From Crocosphaera subtropica ATCC 51142 (GTDB lineage Bacteria > Cyanobacteriota > Cyanobacteriia > Cyanobacteriales > Microcystaceae), in NCBI RefSeq assembly GCF_000017845.1, contig NC_010546.1, forward strand, positions 3,870,001 to 3,902,000: a DNA stretch of 32,000 nt. The letters run 5' to 3'. Made by a program: the position numbers and the translations under genes. Position 1 is the first letter of the stretch; every line of letters starts with the position of its first letter. This document shows, piece by piece, positions 16,302 through 26,261 of the stretch. Below the pieces are notes generated by a model. It had not been told where the DNA came from and did no database searches. It saw nothing but the letters and a program-made list of their open reading frames with translations.

Positions 16302-16382
16302 CAAGATAACTTGTTATCAAAACAACAAAAATGATAGGCTAAAAAATAAAGTCTATTGTTTAAAGCGTCTTAAGAATAACCT

Positions 16383-16982
16383 ATGAATGCTTGGGGCGAT
16401 CGCCTTAATAAATTCACTGGAAAAACCCGTTTTGTGGTTTGTCGTATTTTCGTGCATCTTGCTGGAGATGACATTGCTCCCTTGTTGGGAGTGCTTAACC
16501 GTATGGCGAGAGAAGCCATAGACACAGAAGGAGATTTAGAGGTCATTGGAGAAGGTTTAGTTCAAATTTGCCAAAATCTTTTGCAAAGTAGCCTCTACTG
16601 GCAATCTGCTGCTAATGAGGGAGACTTTTTTTGGCAGGAGGGAGAAGCAGGAGACTATTTCACAGAACTGTTTACTGACTCAGCACAACGTTATCTAAGT
16701 GAAGCGATGCTGTCAGAGGAGGATGAAAATAGTCCCCTTTCGTTCCCAGTGACTCGTAACTTGGTGGTCATGATCACCGTAGCCTTTACGGGAGAAGAAC
16801 CTGATCTCGAAACCAATTTAGCCGATAGAGAAGCCTTAGAGTATGGGTTAAAAGCCTTAATTAACCTTCACTATCAAAACCGGTTAGAAGCCATCCAAAT
16901 TCACTATTCTCCGGCACAGTTTGGAGACGAACTCACCAACGATCAATTATTACTCAATTTTTCGGAACTCATACCCTTATGA
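16383..16982 (+). CDS. Conserved acidic hypothetical protein (possibly DUF1517-related C-domain; uncertain)
   Basis: 199-aa ORF with coding-like composition. Its stop overlaps the start of the next gene (ATGA at 16979..16982). Confidence 0.6.
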   Translation: MNAWGDRLNKFTGKTRFVVCRIFVHLAGDDIAPLLGVLNRMAREAIDTEGDLEVIGEGLVQICQNLLQSSLYWQSAANEGDFFWQEGEAGDYFTELFTDSAQRYLSEAMLSEEDENSPLSFPVTRNLVVMITVAFTGEEPDLETNLADREALEYGLKALINLHYQNRLEAIQIHYSPAQFGDELTNDQLLLNFSELIPL

Positions 16983-17842
16983 TGCGTAAATTATTAGCTA
17001 TTTTCTTATCCCTATGCCTTTGTTGGACTACCGTTGCTTGTAGTTCTCCAACTTCAATGGAATCTTCTTCCCCTCAAAACAATAATACAACTGTAACTCC
17101 GCCTAATCAAGTCACAGAAGGACGTTATCCCGTCCAACAAGCAGAATATGATGACGCTGACGGGACTTATACGTTGATGTTGTTGAATACCCCTTCAGGA
17201 AAACCCCCTATCTATCGCACGGAAAATCTACAAATGGCGAGATTAACCCCCGAAGAAATTGAACAAGGGGAAAGTACCTATGTAGAAGTCACGGGCGATC
17301 AAGCAGTGATGCACCTTACCGAAGACTTTAAAATCGAGTATGTTCATACCGTCACCGAAACCCAACCCAACCCGCAAACAGGACAACCTCAAACCGTTGT
17401 TGTCCGTCGTGAGTCCAATTTTTGGGCCCCATTTGCCGGCGCATTAGCGGGTCAAGCGTTGGGGAGTTTATTGTTTACCCCACAATACTATTTTCCTCCC
17501 GTTTATCAATCTGGAGGGGTGATGACTGGTTATGGTAGTTACGGCAATACTTACAGTCAGGCCAGTCAACGCTATCAAAGTAAGTATAATGCACCCCCAC
17601 CGGCTGTGAAAAACCGTCAAACTTTTCGTACCTCAGGAAACCTTAACCGTTCCTCTTCTCGTTCCACTACTACTGGTAAAACACAGTCTTCTAATGCGAC
17701 AAAGTCCAGTGGTTCTGGGTTTGGTTCCAGTAAGTTAGAAAGTAGTGGTCAATCTCGATCTAATAGTCAACGGCGATCAGGGTTTGGTAGTAGTAGTCGT
17801 TCAAAATCTGGTTCCCGTAGTTTTGGCAGACGCAGACGTTAA
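16979..17842 (+). CDS. Probable lipoprotein with a Ser/Gly/Arg-rich basic C-terminal tail
   Basis: 287 aa with a signal peptide ending TTVAC|SS (atypical lipobox). The C-terminal ~80 aa are low complexity (SGFGSSSRSKSGSRSFGRRRR). It is translationally coupled to the upstream ORF. Confidence 0.6.
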   Translation: MMRKLLAIFLSLCLCWTTVACSSPTSMESSSPQNNNTTVTPPNQVTEGRYPVQQAEYDDADGTYTLMLLNTPSGKPPIYRTENLQMARLTPEEIEQGESTYVEVTGDQAVMHLTEDFKIEYVHTVTETQPNPQTGQPQTVVVRRESNFWAPFAGALAGQALGSLLFTPQYYFPPVYQSGGVMTGYGSYGNTYSQASQRYQSKYNAPPPAVKNRQTFRTSGNLNRSSSRSTTTGKTQSSNATKSSGSGFGSSKLESSGQSRSNSQRRSGFGSSSRSKSGSRSFGRRRR

Positions 17843-17862
17843 AGCAAGTGATTAAATTTTTA

Positions 17863-17898
17863 GAAGCGATCGCCTATTATAAAGCGATCGCTTTTTAT
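17863..17898 (+). terminator. Terminator hairpin built from two HIP1 copies
   Basis: AAGCGATCGC (17864..17873) - CTATTATAAA - GCGATCGCTT (17884..17893) is followed by TTTATT. It sits between convergent stops at 17842 (+) and 17895 (-). Confidence 0.6.
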
Positions 17899-18950
17899 TC
17901 GAGGGAAAAATCTAACTCAGGAATGGAAATAATTGCCCCATTTTCTGCCATTGAACGACTCAAACCCGTTAAAATCTGTACTAATTTTGTCCCTACCCTT
18001 GCAGAAGAAAACTCACAAGCAATATTAGTCTTAACACTCTCTAAAAAGCGATCGCAGACTGCTTTGAGGGGTTCGGCTTTTTCTACAGGAATTACCTGTT
18101 TTTGTTGTCCTTGACCAATCAAATTTTCCCCCTTCCGTTGGATGTAACCTTGTTGTAGGACTAAGGGTTCATCTTTTGACAATTCATCAAAAATTAAAGT
18201 CCCTTCACTGCCTACCATACAAAGACGACGCTGTTTATCAGGATTACACCAACACAGATGAATAGTTGCTTGAAATCCCCTAGGATAATGTAATGTTACC
18301 CAAACCATGTCCGCTAAACCATCAGGAGACAAAGACGTACGGCGATCGCCTTGTAACCAAATTTTTCCTTGTGCCTGTACTTGATGGGGATATTGACCCA
18401 ACCAGTGGTTAAAAATGCTGATATCGTGAATTGCTAGATCCCAAAGTGCGTCCACGTCTTGACGGACTGGTTCTAAATGAGTCCGACTAGCATAACCGTA
18501 ACGTAATTCCCCTAATTTTCCCTCCTCTACAGTCAATTTACCCTGATTGACAGCAGTATGGAATAAATAGGTATGATCGATCATCAATTGTCGCTGTTGC
18601 TGTTTGGCCAGATGGGTTAACTCTAAACACTCCCTAGGATCAAGGGTTAACGGTTTTTCAGCCAACACATGAAAACCGGATTGTAAAGCGTCTTTGATGA
18701 GAGGATAATGGGTTGAAGCAGGGGTGACAATCACAAGAGCATCCAAGTTAACCTTTGATTTGATGCTTTGCCAATCTGATGTGAATAAAATAGATTGAGG
18801 ATCAAGGGAAAACTTTTCTTGAATCGTTGTTAAATTATCAATAATCGGATCAGCGATCGCCACTACTTCGGCTTGTGGATGAGCTAAAAAATTGCGGACT
18901 AAATGGGTTCCCCAACGTCCAACCCCTAAAATAGCTAGTCGAGTTTTCAA
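17895..18950 (-). CDS. Gfo/Idh/MocA-family NAD(P)-dependent oxidoreductase
   Basis: 351 aa with the N-terminal Rossmann motif LAILGVGRWGTHLVRNF, an EKP motif (HVLAEKPL), and a C-terminal alpha/beta domain. Confidence 0.85.
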   Translation of the reverse strand: MKTRLAILGVGRWGTHLVRNFLAHPQAEVVAIADPIIDNLTTIQEKFSLDPQSILFTSDWQSIKSKVNLDALVIVTPASTHYPLIKDALQSGFHVLAEKPLTLDPRECLELTHLAKQQQRQLMIDHTYLFHTAVNQGKLTVEEGKLGELRYGYASRTHLEPVRQDVDALWDLAIHDISIFNHWLGQYPHQVQAQGKIWLQGDRRTSLSPDGLADMVWVTLHYPRGFQATIHLCWCNPDKQRRLCMVGSEGTLIFDELSKDEPLVLQQGYIQRKGENLIGQGQQKQVIPVEKAEPLKAVCDRFLESVKTNIACEFSSARVGTKLVQILTGLSRSMAENGAIISIPELDFSLE

Positions 18951-19044
18951 CGATTTTTATCCCTTTCTGGCAACTGATTTGTAGTTTATCGAAAAATTTG
19001 GGTTTATATTAATTAATGTTTTGCTTGGTGTATGGATAATTCAG

Positions 19045-19881
19045 ATGTTAAGCAAGTATTGGTATGATGGTCAGCTATTTGAGCAAGATACAATCTGTCT
19101 ATCCATTGATGATCCCGGTTTAAATTATGGAGCTACTATTTTTACGACCCTTCGAGTTTATCAACAATCGCTAGAACACCCGTTAACTCAATGGAACGCT
19201 CATTGCCATCGTCTTGAAAAAAGCTTACAAGAGTTTGGCTGGTGTTTACCAAACTGGCAACAAATATGGCAAGGGGCCAACCATTTAATAACCACTTATC
19301 CTGTGTTAAGAATTGCCATTTTTCCTGATGGCAGAGAATGGATTAGAGGACGTTTTTTACCCGACAATTTAGCTCAATCTCAACAGCAAGGGGTGAAAGG
19401 GTGGTTAGCGTCCTATCCCCTATTCCAACGAACGTTAAACGCTCATAAAACAGGGAATTATTTAGGGGCGTGGTTAGCCCTACAGCAAGCCAAAACCCTG
19501 GACTTTCAAGAGGCTATTTTAGTTGATTCCCAAGGAAATTGGCTCGAAACCAGTACAGGAAATCTCTGGGGATGGAAACAGGGAAAATGGTACACACCCG
19601 CTTTAGAGGTTGGTATTTTACCCGGTATTGGCAGACAGCAATTAATCCACTGGTTATATCAACAAAATATCAAGATTGAAGAAAATCAATGGACTCCTTC
19701 ATGGATTCAATCTCTAGAAATGATTGCTTATAGTAATAGTGTCGTAGAGGTGATTCCTTTTCGTATCATTGATTGTCATGGCATATTACTGACCTTTGAT
19801 GTCTCTGATGAACCGTTACAGATGTTATCTCAGTATTATGAGGTGATGAGGTGTAGGGGTGACAGGAAGAACATATATTAA
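19045..19881 (+). CDS. Class IV aminotransferase-fold protein (aminodeoxychorismate lyase / branched-chain aminotransferase-like)
   Basis: Family pattern: YGATIFTTLRV, KTGNYLGAWLA, EAILVDSQGNWLETSTGNLW and GILPGIGRQ. The track ORF starts at TTG 19021; the first ATG is at 19045. The stop codon TAA (19879..19881) coincides with the MITE boundary. Confidence 0.8.
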   Translation: MLSKYWYDGQLFEQDTICLSIDDPGLNYGATIFTTLRVYQQSLEHPLTQWNAHCHRLEKSLQEFGWCLPNWQQIWQGANHLITTYPVLRIAIFPDGREWIRGRFLPDNLAQSQQQGVKGWLASYPLFQRTLNAHKTGNYLGAWLALQQAKTLDFQEAILVDSQGNWLETSTGNLWGWKQGKWYTPALEVGILPGIGRQQLIHWLYQQNIKIEENQWTPSWIQSLEMIAYSNSVVEVIPFRIIDCHGILLTFDVSDEPLQMLSQYYEVMRCRGDRKNIY

Positions 19882-20043
19882 CCTGAGTTCGGGATAAGCT
19901 GAGACGAAATCTCTTGGAATACTATACTTGATAGCAGAGGAAGCAGTAGTTTCAAACACCTATTATCTTGTAAAAAAAGACTCAATTCCCCCACTGAAGC
20001 TGCGCGTAGCGTCCTCCGAACTCCGAACTCTTAACTCAGGTTA
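19879..20043 (+). mobile_element. MITE-like element, complete copy (~161 bp plus TA flanks)
   Basis: 11-bp terminal inverted repeats TAACCTGAGTT (19879..19889) / AACTCAGGTTA (20033..20043). If the element is taken as 19881..20041 it is flanked by TA on both sides. It has no coding capacity and lies between convergent genes. Confidence 0.6.
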
Positions 20044-20082
20044 TATTAATCATTTCTCCCACTCCCTTGCAGTTTTTTATCA

Positions 20083-20385
20083 CTACGAAGAAGCAGAAGA
20101 AGACCGAAAAATCCACCAACCAGCAAAACAAAGGGTACAATTTCCTACTACTGTTAAGGATGCTTGTAAAGTGACTAACCAATCTAAAGAAGGTGCATTA
20201 TCAAACAAATGCCAAGTACAAGCACACATCGCACTGACTAAAGCCGGTAACATTCCCCAAGATAGCGATCGCCAATATAATTTTTGGCTAACTTCGGCGT
20301 AAGTCCAGACAAATAATATAGCAACTGTCCACTCAATAACACTAGAAACATGAACCATCCACGTTGGAATTGAAAGTGCATTCAT
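20083..20385 (-). CDS. Ycf49-like (DUF2499) small membrane protein
   Basis: 100 aa with three hydrophobic helices. The N-terminal MNALSIPTWMVHVSSVIEW pattern recalls ycf49/DUF2499 proteins; the assignment is from memory. Confidence 0.65.
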   Translation of the reverse strand: MNALSIPTWMVHVSSVIEWTVAILFVWTYAEVSQKLYWRSLSWGMLPALVSAMCACTWHLFDNAPSLDWLVTLQASLTVVGNCTLCFAGWWIFRSSSASS

Positions 20386-20479
20386 AACTCAAAAATAAAC
20401 TCTAATCATTACACTAATCAAACTGATTAGATAACGTCTCAGAATATATTGTATTTAATTAGTTCACCATTCAACAATC

Positions 20480-21367
20480 ATGGATAAATTTGAGAGTATC
20501 CGTGCTTTCACTCAAGTCATAGAAGAAGGAAGCTTTGCGGCCGCAGCCAGAAAAATGCACCTATCTCGTTCTGCGGTGAATAAGTTGGTGATCAATTTAG
20601 AAAATCACTTAGGAGCCTCTTTGCTCTATCGTACCACTCGCCAAGTAACCCCCACAGCCACCGGTCGAGCTTTTTATGAACGCTGTCTTGAGATTCTTAG
20701 CACCCTAGAAGAAGCAGAATTATCCGTTTCGCAACAACACAACGAACCCCAAGGAAACCTAAAAATTAATGCGCCGATGTCTTTTGGTATTGCTCGTTTA
20801 GGTGAAATAATTGCTAAGTTTATGACTCGCTATAGCAAAATTAAAATTCAATTAACTCTAGAAGACCGCTTTATCGATCCTATTAGTGAAGGTTATGATC
20901 TCGTTATTCGCATTGGTTCACCCCCCAATTCCCCTAATTTATTGGTTCATAAAATTACGACCCTTTCTCGTGTTATCTGTGCCTCTCCCCATTACTTAAC
21001 AACCAAGGGAATGCCTAACAATCTTTCTGATCTAAAACAACATTCTTGTCTTCACTATGGCTATTTAATAAACGGTAGTCAATGGCAATTTATTCACCAA
21101 GGAAAGGAGGAAAGAATCACTGTTGAAGGGTTTTTTTGTTCTAATAATGGCGAGGTCTTGAGGGATGCTGCATTGCAAGGATTGGGCATTGTTATGTTAC
21201 CGAATTTTATTGTTGATCACTATTTAGAAAGGGGGGATTTACAAATTATTTTCCCAGATTATCAAATACCCGAATTAGACCTATCTATTATTTATCCTAT
21301 CAATCGTCATCTTTCTACAAAAATTAAATTATTTACTGAATTTCTTCAAAGGTCTTTGATGAACTAA
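20480..21367 (+). CDS. LysR-family transcriptional regulator
   Basis: 295 aa. The N-terminal wHTH is FESIRAFTQVIEEGSFAAAARKMHLSRSAVNKLVINLENHLGASLLYRTTR, followed by a C-terminal LysR substrate-binding domain. Confidence 0.9.
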   Translation: MDKFESIRAFTQVIEEGSFAAAARKMHLSRSAVNKLVINLENHLGASLLYRTTRQVTPTATGRAFYERCLEILSTLEEAELSVSQQHNEPQGNLKINAPMSFGIARLGEIIAKFMTRYSKIKIQLTLEDRFIDPISEGYDLVIRIGSPPNSPNLLVHKITTLSRVICASPHYLTTKGMPNNLSDLKQHSCLHYGYLINGSQWQFIHQGKEERITVEGFFCSNNGEVLRDAALQGLGIVMLPNFIVDHYLERGDLQIIFPDYQIPELDLSIIYPINRHLSTKIKLFTEFLQRSLMN

Positions 21368-21512
21368 AAGCACCTCCGAACATCCTACCCCCCATGCCCC
21401 ACCCCTCCAGTTTTTGTGTCTATCAAGAAAATTTCCAAATCTAAACAAAATGTAACGAAATGCAAAGTATAATGAGTAAGACATAAACCCTTAGAAAGAA
21501 TAGTAAAGATAA

Positions 21513-22940
<1,428 letters not shown>

Positions 22941-23079
22941 TCGGCTGGACTGTTAGTGGCCTAGAACTTTGTCCGAAATAATGACGAAAGAGTCAATGAA
23001 TGGGACAATGCTAAGAGTCTAACGGTCAAAAAACTCCATTACCTCTTTTTACTATAGAAAATCATTCTGCTTGTGCTGA

Positions 23080-24012
23080 ATGCTACAATTGCCTAAACGT
23101 CCCCAACCCCCAAAAATGCTGGTCTCCGTAGAAGAGTCCTATGAACGCTGTCGTCAGATTACCCAGAAATATTCAAAAACCTTTTATCTGGGAACCCTTT
23201 TAATGCCGTCGCAAAAACGACGGGCGATCTGGGCTATCTATGTTTGGTGTCGCCGTACCGATGAGTTAGTCGATGGTCCTCAAGCCAAATACACTACCCC
23301 AGAAACCTTACAACAGTGGCAAAATCATCTTGAATGTCTGTTTAAAGGTCATCCTATGGATGATGAAGATGTTGCCTTAGTGGATACGTTACAACGGTTT
23401 CCTGTAGAAATGAAACCCTTTGAGGACATGATCGCAGGACAACATATGGACTTGTACCGTAACCGTTATGAGACGTTTGAGGATCTCAAGCTTTACTGTT
23501 ACCGCGTCGCCGGAACCGTTGGCTTAATGTCTAACGCCGTCTTAGGCGTAGAAAAACAGCCTTCTATTGGCCCTTGGAATAAACAACTTGAAGACTATAT
23601 CCCCAAAGAAGAAGCGATCGCTTTGGGTATTGCCAATCAGTTAACTAATATTTTACGGGATGTGGGAGAAGATGCCCAACGGGGACGTATTTATTTACCC
23701 CTAGAAGATTTAGATCGCTTTAACTATACAGAAACAGACTTATTGAAAGGGGTCATTGACGATCGCTGGCGTGAATTAATGAGGTTTCAGATTCAAAGGG
23801 CCCGACAGTATTATAAAGAGGCAGAACGGGGTATTCGTATTCTTTCTAGGGACTCTCGTTGGCCAGTTTGGGCAGCTTTGATGTTGTATCAGGGTATCCT
23901 TGATGTGATTGAAGCGAATGATTATGATGTGTTTAATCAACGGGCTTTTGTACGGACTCCCCAAAAAATGGTTTATCTACCTATTGCTTGGCTTAGGGCC
24001 CAGGTACTTTAA
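23080..24012 (+). CDS. crtB: Phytoene synthase
   Basis: Squalene/phytoene synthase motifs YVWCRRTDELVDG and YCYRVAGTVGLM...LTNILRDVGED. It follows crtP as in other cyanobacteria. An alternative start is ATG 23116. Confidence 0.95.
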   Translation: MLQLPKRPQPPKMLVSVEESYERCRQITQKYSKTFYLGTLLMPSQKRRAIWAIYVWCRRTDELVDGPQAKYTTPETLQQWQNHLECLFKGHPMDDEDVALVDTLQRFPVEMKPFEDMIAGQHMDLYRNRYETFEDLKLYCYRVAGTVGLMSNAVLGVEKQPSIGPWNKQLEDYIPKEEAIALGIANQLTNILRDVGEDAQRGRIYLPLEDLDRFNYTETDLLKGVIDDRWRELMRFQIQRARQYYKEAERGIRILSRDSRWPVWAALMLYQGILDVIEANDYDVFNQRAFVRTPQKMVYLPIAWLRAQVL

Positions 24013-24046
24013 AGCAGTGACCAATTAACAGTTATCGGTCACTGCT
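24013..24046. terminator. Hairpin between convergent crtB and the DUF2141 gene
   Basis: 10-bp perfect stem AGCAGTGACC (24013..24022) / GGTCACTGCT (24037..24046) starts one nucleotide after the crtB stop. There is no clear U-tract, so terminator function is tentative. Confidence 0.45.
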
Positions 24047-24065
24047 TATGGGTCACTGATAATTG

Positions 24066-24521
24066 TTAAAAGGATTGTAATTTAATAGAAATTACTTGGT
24101 TTTTACCGGTCATTAAAATAGCAGAATCAGAAAATTTAGGGGGACCAGTCCGTATAATCGGGTTACTAGAAAATCCAAATTTTTCCGTCGGTACTCCCAA
24201 AAAATTGCGGTTTAATTCTCCATCGGAATTATTATCCCAAAACACTGCCACCGCATAGGTGTTGGGAGGTAAATCGTTAAAAGTTATTTTAGGGGGAGTT
24301 TCTGTAATTTTGACACATCTTTTATCGACGGCATCATTACCACTGTCAGGAAAACCACGACTACTTTTAAAAAGACTAAAACAAATTTGTCCTTGGCGAT
24401 CGCTAACCCCGTCGATTTGTACAGTAAGATTACTGCTAAATCTTCCATAAACAGGAGCAGAAGCACTTAAAGCTCCCAAAAAGGGCAATAAGAAAGCACT
24501 GATTAAGTATCTAGAAGTCAT
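24066..24521 (-). CDS. Secreted DUF2141-like protein
   Basis: 151 aa with a signal peptide. The pattern GQICFSLF...GFP..., YAVAVFWDNNSDGELNRNFLGVPTEKFGFSSN matches my memory of DUF2141. Confidence 0.7.
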   Translation of the reverse strand: MTSRYLISAFLLPFLGALSASAPVYGRFSSNLTVQIDGVSDRQGQICFSLFKSSRGFPDSGNDAVDKRCVKITETPPKITFNDLPPNTYAVAVFWDNNSDGELNRNFLGVPTEKFGFSSNPIIRTGPPKFSDSAILMTGKNQVISIKLQSF

Positions 24522-24634
24522 GGTTCTGTCAACCTTGAAGAAATTGTTAAGATATAGGGCGTATTATACCTTCAAGATTGGCTCATCCACAATGGTTTCA
24601 ACCAGAATAGGGGTTATCAAAAAACTGATTATTT

Positions 24635-25813
24635 TTAATTAATTTCCCAATATTTACAAGTCGCATAAGCTAGGGTCACTACTCCAGTAATAATCGCAGA
24701 TTCATCAATGTCAAATAGAGGATGATGTAAGGGGTAATTAACTTTATCTTGATGTCCGACTCCTAAGCGAAACATGGTTCCTGGGGCGTGTTCTAAGTAT
24801 AAAGAGAAATCTTCTGCTCCCAAAGAAGGTTCTGGCAGTATCTCAACCTGATCGTTACCCCAAGCTTCTCGACAAGCACTTTCTAATATTTGAGTTAAAT
24901 TAAGATCGTTTTGAACTGAAGGAACCCCCCGACGATAATTGATTTCATACTTAGCATTGTAAGTATTACAAACATTGGCGATAATCCCTTCTATCCAGTC
25001 TGGTAAGTTGGCATGGGTTTCTGGATGTAGCGATCGCACCGTTCCGGCCATTCTCACATGATCAGCAATGACATTAGGTGCTCGGCCACCTGTAATTTGC
25101 CCAATGGTCAACACTAAAGGACGTAAAGGGTTCTGGGTACGACTAATGGCTTGTTGCAGGGTGGTAATCACCTGAGAGGCAATCCAAATGGCATCTACCG
25201 CCTCATGAGGACGTGCGCCGTGGCCTGACTCTCCTTTGATAAAGATTTCGATATCATCGGCTGCTGCGGTTAATGCTCCGTAACGAATGCCCACAGAACG
25301 GGCGTGAAGGGACGGAAATACATGAACCCCAAAAATGCCATCGACATCTCGCATCACCCCATCTTGCACCATCCAGCTTGCTCCCTGAGCAATTTCTTCA
25401 GCAGGTTGAAAGATAAAGCGAATGTTACCAGGTAAGTGTTCCCGTAACTGGGACAAAATCATAGCGGTTCCCAATCCTAGGGTGGTATGGACATCGTGAC
25501 CGCAAGCGTGCATCACCCCAGGTTTACAAGAGGCAAAGTCAAGTGGGGTCCGTTCTTCAATAGGTAAGGCATCCATATCAGTGCGGATGGCTAAAATTCC
25601 CTTATTCTTACCATTGCCCTCCAAATTACCCACAACTCCTGTTTTTCCTACGGCTTCTTGAACATGAAGGCCACAGGAGGAAAGAACTCCTGCTACATAG
25701 GCCGCTGTTTGGTATTCTTGCCCACTTAATTCGGGGTGGGCGTGTAAATGACGGCGTATTTCAATTAATCTCGGTGCGAGGTCTTCAGCGAGGGTTTTGA
25801 TTTGGGAGAGCAT
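24635..25813 (-). CDS. M20-family amidohydrolase (N-acyl-L-amino acid amidohydrolase / hippurate hydrolase type)
   Basis: 392 aa with the family pattern RRHLHAHPELSGQE, IRTDMDALP, MHACGHDVH and GTVRS. Confidence 0.9.
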   Translation of the reverse strand: MLSQIKTLAEDLAPRLIEIRRHLHAHPELSGQEYQTAAYVAGVLSSCGLHVQEAVGKTGVVGNLEGNGKNKGILAIRTDMDALPIEERTPLDFASCKPGVMHACGHDVHTTLGLGTAMILSQLREHLPGNIRFIFQPAEEIAQGASWMVQDGVMRDVDGIFGVHVFPSLHARSVGIRYGALTAAADDIEIFIKGESGHGARPHEAVDAIWIASQVITTLQQAISRTQNPLRPLVLTIGQITGGRAPNVIADHVRMAGTVRSLHPETHANLPDWIEGIIANVCNTYNAKYEINYRRGVPSVQNDLNLTQILESACREAWGNDQVEILPEPSLGAEDFSLYLEHAPGTMFRLGVGHQDKVNYPLHHPLFDIDESAIITGVVTLAYATCKYWEIN

Positions 25814-25894
25814 AGAAAATTGTCAGCATTTGGCATTATTTTAATGTTAGTATATTTTTTGTTATAATTTCTATAGTAATCCCTACAAGTATCA

Positions 25895-25915
25895 ACTATT
25901 AATAGTATTAATAGT
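25895..25915. promoter_or_regulatory. Perfect 10-1-10 palindrome (candidate operator) in the AT-rich leader of the FAAL cluster
   Basis: ACTATTAATA-G-TATTAATAGT. It also reads as a tandem TATTAATAG x2. A TGnTATAAT extended -10 match lies at 25860..25868. Confidence 0.35.
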
Positions 25916-26261
25916 ATTTTTTATCCTAATAATTTTCACTAGTTTATCTGGCAAATAATATATAATTCGTTTATTTTGTCAAGCACAAGGCAATAATTTA
26001 AGCTTAATTAGTATCAATTTTATTCGTCAATTTAGGAGTGACATATCAACTCATAATAAAGTTTTTATGGCATTAATAAAAATTTTATCTTACAACTCGA
26101 ACAGCTTAATCCCAGTCATAGCAAGGATTAGACTCTGATTACTCCCTTTATAGTCTGCGGCCGATGTAAGTGATTCACAAGTTTTTGACTTTCTCTTTCT
26201 AGGATACGACCAACAACAGTTAAAAACCCTAACTTAACTATGGTGCGAGGCTAAGAAAATT

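Noticed and set aside
16298-16317. Hairpin ATAACAAG-ATAA-CTTGTTAT overlapping the stop codon of the BRCT gene, as a terminator
   Set aside because: The 8-bp stem is AT-rich and no U-tract follows. The next co-directional gene starts 65 bp later, so read-through is more likely.
19928-20302. Track ORF (124 aa, plus strand)
   Set aside because: It starts inside the MITE-like element and then runs antisense through the ycf49-like gene. It has no recognisable motifs.
24635-25813. M20 amidohydrolase as part of the FAAL/PKS cluster (for example a lipo-amino-acid tailoring or release enzyme)
   Set aside because: It is divergently transcribed across a 448-bp spacer and belongs to a widespread housekeeping family. 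Adjacency alone does not support membership.
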